This document shows, piece by piece, positions 13,268-25,849 of a stretch of DNA of 64,000 nt. Made by a program: the position numbers and the translations under genes. The notes beneath the pieces were generated by a model. That model made no database searches and had not been told where the DNA came from. It was given only the letters and a program-made list of their open reading frames with translations. Within the stretch, counting starts at the first letter, position 1, and each line of letters opens with the position of its first letter. The DNA comes from Azolla caroliniana (lineage: Eukaryota; Plantae; Polypodiophyta), in NCBI GenBank assembly GCA_043228905.1, contig JBHGNT010000012.1:11036001-11100000 (forward strand), in the 5' to 3' direction.

Positions 13268-14068
13268 TGTAAGGTTGAGACATAGAAATAAAAGGAGATA
13301 AGGTAAATTAATTTAGGAAATCACAAACTAGTACTTATTGAATGATAACTAATAGTTATTGAACGCTAGAGCACATTTCCGCTTCCCAAAAATGGGAGGC
13401 CCCCTTTTCCAGGAAGATGAGGTTTATTAAATATCTTACCTAGGAATGAGGAATAGGGATCGCTTCATGACTAAAACGATTCCTCTTCTTTTATATTTAT
13501 ATTAAGTTAACAGTTCTTTATTTTATACAATCGTAACAATCTCCCACCATGGAAGAGAGTTTCGACCATGAAACTAGGATAACTGCTAGCTAACAAAGAT
13601 CGGGTTGATTTAATGGTGCTATCAACCATTCAAACCCTGGTTGATGCAATGCTTCTTTTGTCACCCATGAAGCTTCCGCTATTGATCGTCCCTGCCACTT
13701 GAGACCAAGAAATGAAAATTTCCCCGTCGGACTTGCTTCTTCAAAATTCCCTTTGGCTCATAAGCCGTGTTATTGTGCTCATCTCGGCTCCATGTCGCAT
13801 TTGAATGAAATCTTTTCAATAGACTAACGTGAAAAACGTCATGTATTTTTTATGTCATTGGCAATTGAAGTTTGTAAGACACGTTATTCATATTCTTTGT
13901 GATGACATACGTACCATAGAACCTGTGATTGAACTTTGGCGTTAATCTCTAAGTAAATGGCCAGCTTGATGCACTTACAAGCACGAGATCCCCTGGAAAA
14001 AATTCCACGTGTTCTCGTTTCTTGTTGATGCGAGCGATCATCTGTGTGTTTGTTTTGTTGGGGATGGT
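13268..14068 (-). mobile_element. 3' remnant of a chromovirus Gypsy: integrase C-terminus, chromodomain, PPT and 3' LTR
   Basis: Minus-strand translation EFFPGDLVLVS...PKFNHRFYGTYVI...YKLQLP..KIHDVFHVSLLKRF...YEPKGILKKQVRRGNFHFLV[fs]KWQGRSIAEASWV. PPT ggtgggagat at 13548-13539. LTR ~13538-13268. Confidence 0.8.
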
Positions 14069-14802
14069 TGTTATGGGCATGCCCATATAATATCTCATGC
14101 TAAGATTATACCGTAGTATTCTATACATGTGAATGAAGTGTGAGGGTTAAATGAGTGTTAAGAAGGGATAGATTACTTTTAATACTTGGGGTTGAGACAA
14201 CCCATTAAGGTCAAGTGTGGACTTGCCTAGGGGCCTTAGGTCTAGGTATAAATATGAGGCCTAGCTACCCTCATTTGAGGATGATCGACTACGTCGAGAC
14301 TCTGTCCTCGCGGTGATTAAACTCTTGTAAGCGAGCACGCCAATATCAGGTACGACTCAACGCCACAATGGTGGTATGGGACACCGATCTAGGCTCGAGT
14401 CCATATCGATCCCTTCGCTCGGGTGTGGTCGGGTGGATCGACATCCTTCTTTCTCTCTCTCTCTCTCTCTCTCTCTCCTTTCTTTTCTATCTACCTATTT
14501 TATCCGTATCATATGCTTACATTAGGATCTAGCTCTAACAGTTGGTATTCGAGCCTTGATTCCTAATGTTTCTTTTGTTGATTGTTTTGTTTTGGTTGGA
14601 TGGTCATCGCTCGATGTGCGGTCAAGCTTGATCCAGAAACATAGCAACAAAAGAACTTCGGTATTCCTTCCTTCCTTTCTTTTATATTCTTTATTCTCCC
14701 ATTCTAATCATGTTTATGTCATTATGTATTAATTTCAATCATTAAAATATGTTGTAGTAGTAATAAATTGGTTGTATAAAACGTACATATGTATATATGC
14801 GT
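14069..14802 (+). mobile_element. Gypsy LTR (14069-14540), Met-type PBS and leader; duplicate of 22176-22885
   Basis: tgttatggg...ctctaaca, then PBS tggtattcgagcc at 14543. Closely similar to 22176-22885 and, reverse-complemented, to 43399-43686. Confidence 0.8.
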
Positions 14803-16090
14803 TGTCGTGTGAATCTTCACACACTATGTAAAAAATAAAATGAAATAATTATTATAGATTAGATTAGTAGCTTACTATAGAAAGATGGATATATTCAAGA
14901 GCTTCAAAATATATTTTACTATATACAAAATGGAGAAATACATATCAAGTTATGAGAAAATAAAGTTTGATTAGATAGGGAAATTAGAACTATCCCACAT
15001 AGATAGGAAAGTTAAGGCCCTGACTATATAAACACCTTGAGCTTCCTCATTTTTCATTTGTGCTAAGAGCACTTTGGCCACTTTGTCTTGATGGATGATG
15101 GTAGCCAAATTCCCCCAAATCCGGAAACCGGCCGATATGCAATCCGGAAACCGACCGGTATGCAAAACCGGAACCGGCCGGCAAGCAAAACCGGAACTGG
15201 AACGGGTATGCAAACCGGAAACTGGCCGGTAAGCAAAACTGGAACCGGTCGGCAAGCAAACTGGAACCGGAACCGGCAAGCAAAACCGGAACCGGCCGGC
15301 AAGCAAAACCGGAACCTGGCCGGTAAGCAAAATCGGAACCGGCCGGCAAGCAAAATCGGAATCGGATCCGGCAAGCAAACCGGAACCGGTCGGCAAGCAA
15401 AATCGGAACCGGCTAGCGGACGAGGTTGGATGCGGACAGACGAAAGATTGGATCATGCAACAAACTAAAGTAAAGTGAAGAGAACTAAAGTAAAGGCCAT
15501 GTGGACACAAGCAACTAAAGAAGGAGTGCATGGAAAAAGTAAAGGTCATGTGGACAGTCACATGCAACCAAAAGAAAAAGCTAGGCAACTAAAAGTAGAG
15601 GCCATGCAACAAAAAGTGAAAAGGCTATGATCAAGAGAGAACTCCATATTTATTCCATTTTTTTCCTACACTAGGGGGGACTCTCCATGTTATCTTAATT
15701 TTCTTTTCTTTTCTTTGGGAGCTCTCTTATATTATCGAAGCCAATAACCCTAAATTTATATATGGAAGTTATCTCTCAAGTAAACCATAATTTCCATACG
15801 GAAGCAAGCTCTCAAAATCCAAAATTCCTTGTAAAAGCCATATCACTCAAGAATCATAATCTCTTATTTCCTCTAATCTATTATTCTAATCATCTCCATA
15901 AGATAAAACTTTTGTAATCCCAATCTTGGGATTGATTGTAATCTTTCTTTCCCTTTTATTAATGAAATTTGTTAATCTTTCTCATTTCGGTTAATTCTTA
16001 GTACATAAATACACGAATTTGATATCCTCTAGACAAAGGCCCCGGGGTCTTGCCTCAACGTTCACGTATCCTCGTCGTATTTTCGCGACA
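14803..16090. mobile_element. Solo LTR (1288 bp) with an internal GC-rich minisatellite
   Basis: Ends tgtcgtg...cgcgaca. 4-bp TSD gcgt (14799-14802 / 16091-16094); the empty site can be read from the duplicate copy at ~22885. Repeat gcaagcaaaaccggaaccggccg at 15120-15420. Confidence 0.8.
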
Positions 16091-16112
16091 GCGTATGAGG
16101 TCAATACCTCAA

Positions 16113-19100
16113 TGTTGAGCGAGCAAGCTCAACCGGATCCAGATTGGCTAAATAAGCCAGAGCTGGATCGGTATCCGGAACGGAGAACCGGATTGGTGTT
16201 TGGATGATATCGGGAACCAGGAGCCAGATCAGAGAGCCGGATCGGATTGAAACCGGTAGGCTGTTGATCCAACCTAGTACGTAGGCATATTTTTGGGAGT
16301 CAGTGACAGTCGCTCGTATGAGCATTGAAGTACATGTAAGTACTTCTATCAGTCCTTTATGGACTTGTATAAAAGTGCTCTTTGAGCAGATACTATGTAC
16401 ATAGAAGATTATTATTTTAGAATAGAGTTTTATGTTCTGCTCTCTCTTTGTCTCTCCCGTGTATGCTAAATATTCTCAAGCTTCCATTGAACCTATGTTT
16501 TCTATTCTCTGTTGCTGCCCGGCAAAACCGGTTTTGTCAAGCTTCTGCACGCTAACTTTTACATCGTATCAGAGCGCGAGGGTTGAGACTCCTCTGCAAC
16601 CGACATATGCTTTCGAAGACAAACCCTAACACTCGGTGAAGAACAGTAGAGAACCGAAATGGACAGAGGTATGGCAAGTTTGCTTCCCACAGAAAAGCTC
16701 GACCGAATCAACTATACATCTTGGTCATATAAAATGCACCAGTACCTGCTGGGGCATGGATATTGGAGCTATGTGGAAGGAACCAACGAGGAAGCACTGG
16801 AGCCGACACACAAAGACTTCCCGGCATGGGAGCAAGGAGCGAGCTGAGTATTGTACTGCCTCGCGTCCGGTGTGCATGATCAGATGCTCGGCTACATCAA
16901 GGATGCAAAAACGCCAAAGGAGGCCTGGGAAAATCTACGGAAGATTTTCGCTGCAAGTACCACAACCCGTAAGTTGCAGCTCCGGCAAGAGCTGAACAAC
17001 ATCCAGTAGAGAGATATGTTGGTTACGGACTATACCACCAAGATTAAGGAGATCTACGATCAACGTAATGGTGGAAGAAGACGAGATGGTCCAGATCTAT
17101 CTTGGTGGTCTAGCACAATGGTACGAGCCAATCCGGATGACAATTTGCATGTGGGAGAAACCATAGTCCTTCTTCGACTTACAATCCATGTTGACGTTCG
17201 AAGAAAACCACGCGAGTGGGTCGAGGACCACTCAATTGGATAGTCGGATGTTGTACATAGAGGTGGATCGACCCCGTGGGCGTGGAGGACGAGGTGGGTC
17301 AGCACGCAATGGAGGTGACCGGCAAGAGCAGAACCGAAGGCATAGAGACGGTGTCGACAACAGTTCAGGACCCTCCACAAGCAGGGGGAGTCAAGTCGGA
17401 GCAGAAAACCGACAGTCGAAAACTAACACGGAATGCTGGTACTGTGGCAAGAAAGGCCACAGAGAGAGGGAGTGCTGGAAGAAGCGTGCCGATTCGGATA
17501 AATCCAGATCCGGCAAGGCCGGACAAGGGAACCGGCAAAGCTCGCACTACGCAGAAGGATCGGAAGGATCCAGAACCTAGAAGATCGGAAAAGGGTTAGT
17601 CTTCGTGATGAAGCACAAGGCGAACTCGATGAAGAAGACCACTTCCGGATCGGAGGAAGTATGGTGTGTTGATTTCGGAGCGTCAAACTAGATGATGAGC
17701 CACGAAGAGTGGTTCTCGTTTTTGGAGAAATCGGAACAACCGAGAATCGTCGAAACTGGAGACGACCCCCCTCACCCGATTGTGCATGTCAGAGAAGTCC
17801 CTTTAAGCCATGTTGGACAAAAGGGAAAGCTGATGAACGTACTACACATTGGGACAATCACAAAGAACCTGATGTCAGTCAGACAAATCGTCGACCAGGG
17901 AATGCAAGTGCGGTTTACGCACCTTGGGTGCTTCATTGAGGAAGAAGGCCGGATAATCGCGCAAGGGTGCAGGGAAGGGAGGATGTTCATCCTCAACACA
18001 AATGATGTTGGCACCACCATTTTTGCCAAAGGACAGAAGATTGAATCAGACATCGATATCTGGCATAAGCAGATCGGCCACGTCAACTACCAGAGGCTTC
18101 AAGATCTGCAATCGAAACATGTTGTGTTCGGATTGCCGAAGTTTAGTGGCCGGAAGGCCCAAATATGTGAAGCTTGCCAACTCGGGAAGCAACACCGGCT
18201 TCCATTCCCCACCGAACGAAACCGGTGCCATAACAAGCTCGATCTAATCCATTCAGATGTATGGGGACTGGCACAGAACATTAGTCTTGGCGGGAGTCGG
18301 TATTTCGTCTCCTTCATCGACGACTACAGTCGGCACACGTGGATCTACCTCATTGAGAAGAAAAATGAAGTCTTCGACTGTTTCCGGAACCTTCAAAGCT
18401 TAGTCGAAAGGGAAACGGAGATGAAGATAAAGTGCTTGCGGTTGGATAGCGGAAAAGAATACTTTTCCGGCCAATTCAACAGTTATCTGCAGCAAAAAGG
18501 AATTCAGAGAGAATTCAACTACTGATATACACCGGAACAAAATGGTGTGGCCGACGCGGCAAGGGCAATGTTGGAGGAGAAGAGCATGCCCAAATTCTAC
18601 GGGCTGAGGCGGTCTAGATGGATGCCTACATCCAAAACCGGATCGGGGACGTTGTATTTCGGGCGGAAGCCGAATTTGAGACACCTTCGGATACTCGGTA
18701 GCATAGCATATGTGCATGTACCAGTTGAGAAGCGGAGGAAGCTGGATCTGAAATCGGAGAAGTGCATACTCGTCGGCTACTTGCATGAACATAAGGGGTA
18801 TAAGTGTTATAACCCCCAGACTAAACAGGTACGAGTAAGTCAAGATGTTGAGTTTGATGAGTCGGCATCATGGTACTCCCTACCGAATCGAACTCCCGAT
18901 GAAGAGCCGATTCTGGAGGATGAGGCTAGTGAACCCGGAGAGGTTCAAGAAGAAGATGAAGGATTCGGTACTTTAGATGAGAGTCCGATCTCATTCCGGC
19001 TAAGTGGACCGAATGAGCGGCTGATTCGGGATGACCATTCGGATGAAGAACTGATGAGTAGTGGAGACTCTGTCGTGCTCTCCCTGCGCAAGGAACTGAG

Positions 19101-21971
19101 GAGACGGTTCACGCGCAAAGAGAAGGGGAAGAAGAAGATGCCGAAATATGATACTGGCAGTGAAGGGTCGGATCGGAGCGAATTGGACCCTGGAAAGGAA
19201 GAAGGCGGATCTTCAAAAAGGAAGTCCGAACCGGCCAAGAAGGGCCTCAAACCGGCTAACGAAAAGTTACACCGCTCAATCTACCAGAAGAACCCCATCT
19301 AGAGGTACGGATACAATGAGTACATGGCGCATCACTATGCGTACATGACTAAGGTGGCGGAAGTGTGTGAGCCGGAGAGCTACGCAGAAGCGAAAAAAGA
19401 CACAAATTGGCATGCTGCTATGGAGGAAGAAATGCGGGCACTTGATGCCAACGACACATGGGACCTAGTTGACCCTCCCTAACAGTGTAAGCCAATTGGT
19501 TGCAAATGGGTATATAAGGTGAAGTACAATGCCGACGGTTTGGTCAACCGGTACAAGGCCCAATTAGTGGCAAAGGGATACACACAGACCCACGGAATCA
19601 ACTACGATGAGACCTTCGCTCCGGTAGCTAAGATGACGACGGTTCGTGTGGTACTGGTTGTTGCTGCGACAAGGGGATGGCGTCTTCACCAAATGGATGT
19701 GAAGAATGCATTTCTTCAAGGTGACCTTGAAGAACGGGTCTATATGATCCAACCCCCCGGATTCCAATCGGAGATGAACAAGTCGATAGTATGCCAACTC
19801 AAGGAGCCGCTTTACGGTCTGAAACAAGCCCCCCAAGCTTGGAATGTGAAGATCATGCACCGGTTGCGTAAGATGGGGTTTGCGGCCTCAAAATCCGACT
19901 CGTCACTGTTCATCCGGAAAGGTCCGGATAGTCCGGTTTGTATCCTGCTATATGTTGATGATTTAGTCATCATCGGACCTGGACTAGATGAAATTGGCAG
20001 TGTGAAGTTCCAGTTGTTAGATGCATTTGAAATGAAGGACCTGGGGAACCATCATTATTTTCTTGGGATCGAGGTGATCCGGACCCTCGATGGCATATTG
20101 CTCTCACAAAGACACTATGTGTTGAATATGCTGTACAAGTTTGGCATGACGGAATGCCGATCGATCTCCACACCCTTGGACTGGAACGTAAAGCTACGTC
20201 TGGACTCCCGCCCGACCTACGATGAGAAACGGTTCTGGCAAATTGTCGAAAGCCTTATATACTTGACGATCACCCGAGCCGACATCAATTATCTAGTTGG
20301 GGTGATCAGCCAGTTTATGCAGAAGCCAACCATGGAGCACCTTCAGTGCGTGCATCAACTATTGCGATATGTGAGTGGCACGAAGGACTGGGGACTATTA
20401 TACCGACACAGTATAGCTGGGAAGCTGGTCGGGTATACCGATGCCGACTGGGCTGGTGATGCATCGGATCGCCGGTCCACCTCCGGTTACATGTTTTCTC
20501 TTGGTACCGCGACTGTTGCATGGAGTAGCAAAAAGCAGCCAACAGTGGCTCTGTCGAGCATTGAGGCTGAGTACCGGGGCACTACCATTGCCACCTGTGA
20601 AGCCATCTCGCTTCGACGACTGCTGCGAGACCTCCGGATCGAGGTGCCGACCCCGATCCGGATTTATTGTGACAACGTAAGTAGCATACAACTCGCCAAG
20701 AACCCTGTATACCATGCTCGGACAAAGCACATAGAAGTGCATTATCACTTTGTTCGTGAGCGGGTCCTGAGCAGTAAAGTTGAACTTCGGTATGTTCACA
20801 CGGATCGGCAGGTTGCCGACATCTTCACCAAGCCGCTCGGATCAGACAAGTTGCAACATTTTTACGGAGATGCTCGACATTCAACATCTCGATGTGCCGC
20901 ACTTGAGGGGGAGAACGGGAACGGGAACTGATGGCACCAAACAAGGAGCCGGAGAGGAAGAAAGAACCAAGGGGGGAGATGAGCAGACAAAGGAAGTTGA
21001 GCCGACCGAAGGAGTCAGTACATCCAAACAAGTCGGAGGAAGCGGCAACAACGACAGAGTCAAGAAGGATAGAGCCGACTAGATGAAGGCCAAGACCTGG
21101 ACGTGGTCCGATGTGGTGAAGGGCCTAAAAACGGAAGACAAGTTGGAAACTACCAACTCGGACAAGAGCTGGAACAAATCGGAGGAAGCCGATTCGGTGC
21201 AACAGTTGGATTCGGAAGAGCTAGATCAACTAAAGGCCAAGCGGACGAGAAGGTAGAGGAAGTCGACACCGACACGGAGGATTTGATGGGTCGACAAGCG
21301 CCAAAGTCATAGCAGTGAAGGACCTGAGATGGGCTTGCTGAATAGACAAGTCGACCAAGGAGGATGAGGTGTGCAAAACCGGACGGGTCATGGGAGGCAG
21401 AACTAGACCGGACGAGGAGCGTGAACAAGGCGGGAGGACGTAAGAAGGAGGCCGAGGAAAGGACCGCCTACTGCAGACATTGGCACCACGATCCGACCTC
21501 AAGTTGAGCTTGAGGGAGAGTGTTGAGCGAGCAAGCTCAACCGGATCCGTATCGGCTGAATAAGCCAGAGCCGGATAGGTATCCAGAACGGAGAACCGAA
21601 TCGGTGTCCGGAACCAGGAGCCATATCAGAGAGCCAGATCGGATTGAAACCGGTAGGCCATTAGAGGCCTACGGATCCAGCCTAGTACGTAGGCATATTT
21701 TTGGGAGTCAGTGCCAGTCGCTCGTATGAGCATTGAAGTACCTTTTAATACTTTTGTCAGTCCTTTATGGACTTGTATAAAAGTGCTCTCTGAGCACAAA
21801 CTATGTACACAGAGGACTATTATTTTAGAATAGAGTTTTATGTTCTGCTCTCTCTCTGTCTCTCCTGTGTATGCTAAATATTCTCAAGCTTCCATTGAAC
21901 CTGTGTTTTCTATTCTATGTTGTTGCCCGACTAAACTAGTTTTGTCAAGCTTCCACACACTATCTTTTACA
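16113..21971 (+). mobile_element. Full-length, decayed Ty1/Copia LTR retrotransposon
   Basis: LTRs 16113-16563 and 21521-21971. TSD ctcaa/ctcaa. PBS tcgtatcagagc (Met-type). PPT gagggagag at 21512-21520. Confidence 0.95.
16659..21082 (+). pseudogene. Copia gag-PR-INT-RT-RNaseH with stops and frameshifts
   Basis: CWYCGKKGHRERECW zinc knuckle, WCVDFGASN protease, WHKQIGH...CEACQLGK, IHSDVWG integrase, QMDVKNAFL and LLYVDD RT, YTDADWAG...CDNVSSI...RTKHIEVHYH RNase H. Confidence 0.92.
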
Positions 21972-22175
21972 CTCAATTGACATATACTTGATATGTGATT
22001 TTAGTCGTATACATATGAGACCATAGAACCTGTTATTGAACTTTGGCGTTAATCTCTATGGAAATGGCCAGCTTGATGCACTTACAAGCACGAGATCCCC
22101 TAGAAAAAAATCCTCGTGTTCTCGTTTTTTGTTGACGTGAGCGATAATCTGTGTCTTTTGTTTGTTGAGGATGGC

Positions 22176-25100
22176 TATTACGGGCATGACCATAAAATAT
22201 CTTGTGCTAAGATTATACCATAGTAATCTATACACGTGGATGACGTGTGAGGGTTAAACAGGAGTGTAAAGAAGGGATAGATTACTTTTAATACTTGGGA
22301 TTGAGACAACCCATTAAGGTCAAGTGTGAACTTGCCTAGGGGCCTTAGGTTTGGGTATCAAAATGAGGCCTAGCTACCCTAATTTGAGGATGATCGACTA
22401 TGTCCAGACTTTGTCGTCGCGGTGATTAAACTCTTGTAAGCGAGCACGCCAATACCAGGTACGACTCGATGCCATAACGGTGGTATGGGACGCTCATTGA
22501 GGCTCGACTCCGTATTGATCCCTTCGGTCGGGGGTGGTCGGGTGGATTGTCACCCTTCTTTCTGTGTCTCTTTTCTTTTCTATCTACCTATTATATCCTT
22601 ATCATATGCTTACATTAGGATCTAGCTCTAACAGTTGGTATCCGAGCCTTGATTCCTAATGTTTCTTTTGTTTATTGTTTTGTTTTGGTTGGATGGTTAT
22701 CGATCAATGTGCGGTCCAACTTGATCTAGGAACGTAGCAACAAAAGAACTTCAGTATTCCTTTCTTTCTTTCTTTTATATTCTTTATTCTCCCATTCTAA
22801 TCATGTTTATGTCATTATGTATTAATTTCAATCATTAAAATGTGTTGTAGTGGTAATCGATTGGTTGTATAAAACGTACATAGGTATGTGTATGAGCTCA
22901 ATACCTCAATTGACATATGATTGATATGTGATTTGAGTAGTCTGCGTATGAGATCAATACCTCAATTTTTATGCATTTGATATTAATATTTATTACGTGA
23001 TATTGGTATATCGACGGTTGTCCTTTTCGGGGAAAGGAACATGGTGGTCGTCCTCACATTTTTTGTGAGAAAGGCATAGTCACCATCATTTAAACAAATT
23101 TCTTTTTGTTATTCCCCTTGGTCACCTCGATTTCGCGACACGTTAGAACAAAAAAAGCTTACCCACAATGAGGTTGTGAGTGTAAGGACTTGATCCACTT
23201 CATGTGAGGTCACCCCTATGACACATCCATCCAACATCCCTCACTCCTTACATGATTACAATGCCACCATGAGATCATCATTACGAAAGGTATTTGTAAT
23301 GACATAAGCATGTGATGGGCCACGTGGGCCTACTACAAAAAGTTGGCTACTGTTGGCTTGGCCATTCTGTTTCTCCTTATGGTATGCCATTGTAATGACG
23401 AGACTTGAGGTTGGGTAACATACCAACATAGTTGTCTAGTTAAAGAGGGGGAAATGAGCTTTCTAGTCACATATATTTTCTTTTAAAAAACATATATGGG
23501 CAAATGCCTTCACATATCTCTCATACGCAAAAATGTTAAACATTCAAACAGAGCATACCATTTGGTTAGCTTAAGTGTTTAATGTATTTGTTCTCGAGGT
23601 CTTGAGTTCAAATATGACCAACATTATTGATACATATGACTATAAAACATGTTTCGCCTTTAGGTCTACATCACGACATGATGTTATTACTATTTGTTTG
23701 ACCTTATCCTATTTCTTTGCAAGAAATTATGAATTAATGGCTCATAATAACGACCCGATGGCATCCACCCAAGCAGAAGGAATTCAAGGAAATCCTCCTA
23801 GCCCAATCCCCATTGAGTCGTATTTTTTACAAATACAAAATTTCCTTAATTCTACCTTAATTTCAACAATCTCATAGTCCTCTTGAGGCACATGTCATTA
23901 GTGTACAACGTGATACTAATAGACCCGATGAGCATCAAGGTGAACCATCATTTGTCTTAAAGCAATTTACGGGAGAAAAAAATGTGTAAAAGAAAAATCT
24001 CTTTCGATTGTTTCCTCTCCATCAATATCTGAATTGTCTTGTTCTTCTTTATTTTATTGTGTACCTGATCCAAGCATTCATGTTTATAATATCGATAGTG
24101 TCTCAGGTTAGTTATCATATTTTGAACAACAACAACTTGATGAAATCTTAAATGATTTTCGTGATGTTTTTTTCGAGTCAACTACCACATGGGTTACCTC
24201 CTAAACATAATATAGACAATCGTATAGATTTTGTACTTGGCATTGCACCAATAAGTATACCTCCGTATCGCTTAAGTCAATCTGAAGAGGATGAGGTATC
24301 TAAGCAACTCAAGGACTATTTACGAATGGTTTATATACGTTATAGTAAATCTCAATCGGGTGCACCTTTTCTCTTGGTAAAAAAGAAAGAGGGCACATGG
24401 TGTATGTGTATTAATTACCGACGCTTGAACAAAGTGACGCTCAAGAATTCATAACCATTGCCCCAGGCCGACGATCTGATTAACTGTCTTCAAGCAGCTT
24501 GATATTTTACGAAACTTGATCTTCGTACATGTTACCTTCAAATTCGTATAAGTGAGGAAGATGTTCCTAAAACAACATTTCATATATGCTATGACCATTA
24601 TGAGTTTTTGTCATGCCTTTCGGTTTGACCAATGGTCCGACCACATTTCAACAATAAATGAATGACACTTTATGAGACCAACTTGGAAATTTGTCGTTAT
24701 TTTCTTGGATGATATTCTAGTCTATAGCCATACATTAGAAGAACATGCTAAACATGCCCGCTTTGTTTTACAAACCTTGCACAACAAACAAAACTATGTG
24801 AAGATCTCATAATGCGAGTTCTTGAAGAAATCAATTACTTATCTTGGACATCTCATAACCGAACGAGGAGTTGAAATTGATCATTGTCGTATCGAGAAAG
24901 TCAAACTTTGGCCCACTCTTCGGAATATTCGAGAAGTTCGATCATTCCTTGGTTTTGTTGGGGTTTTGGGAAAATCTCTTCGCAATTACTCCCAATTGAC
25001 AATGCCGTTTACTGATCTTCTAAAAGGTCAAACGCGTAAGTCTACAAAACCTATTGTATGGAATGCCACACTAGACCTCGCCTTTAAGGAACTAAAGGAC

Positions 25101-25849
25101 TAGGTGTGCAAGGTTCCTTTACTTCTTTTACCAGATCCATCAAACCTTTTCAGGTTGAAACCGACACAAGTGATTATGCTATAGGTTTTGTCCTATATCG
25201 AGATGGTAAGCCAATAACATTTAAAAGTAAGAAACTTGATTATGCTCAATGTCGGTAAGGAATTATTTGCAGTTATCCATGCGCCAAAGTTATGGTGCTA
25301 TTATCTTTATGGAAATCGTTTTGTGGTAACTACGAACCACGAGTCCTTGAAATATTTTTGTGACCAACAAGACCTCAAGGGTTGTAAGGCACGATGGGAA
25401 AATCTCATCCAGGACTTTGATTTTTCCACACAATATCGTAAAGGTTCCATAAACACTATCGTTGATGCACTGAGTCGCATTTGTGAACTTAACATGCTTA
25501 TCTTCATTGAAATAATATCAAATCTTTATGATCACCTTCAAGGAAAGTATCCTGATGACAATTATTTTGGAAAATACTGGGCAAGAGTTGAGTCTGGAAC
25601 AGACAACACCACATCCTTGAAGGAATCCTTCCACATTGCTAACGGTCTACTCTACCGTAATGGGAAGGTTTGTGCTCTAGATTTTCCTGAGGTCAAAAAG
25701 AGAATTCTTTTTGAATGCCATGATGCACCCCTCAACAGGGCACACTGGAATACATCACACACTTGTTCTCATCTCTACTCCATATTACTAGCCTAAGATG
25801 CATCTTGACATACATAGTTATGTAACTAAACGTCACTAGTGTTAGGTTT
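22176..25849 (+). mobile_element. 5'-portion of a degenerate Gypsy element: LTR, PBS, long non-coding leader, RT-RH-partial INT
   Basis: LTR 22176-22633. PBS tggtatccgagcc. pol remnants at 24150-25849 ([45 protein letters not shown]...YVTK). Truncated at a Copia LTR. Confidence 0.85.

Noticed and set aside
13539-13770. Copia element bearing a chromodomain (Copia-like PPT gtgggagat)
   Set aside because: Upstream sequence is a Gypsy integrase GPY/F region (HDVFHVSLLK), so this is an ordinary chromovirus.
13912-14555. Tandem-array retroelement with shared LTRs (PPT-LTR-PBS repeated twice)
   Set aside because: The apparent PPT and upstream sequence translate on the minus strand as chromovirus integrase. 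It is target DNA duplicated with the LTR, not a 3' UTR.
14971-15588. Repetitive ORFs (RFRFCLP..., KQNRNR...)
   Set aside because: Stop-free frames produced by a GC-rich minisatellite inside a solo LTR.
23560-23625. SINE remnant (tagcttaagtg...gagttcaaat)
   Set aside because: Boxes are degenerate, spacing is short, and no TSD or tail could be established.
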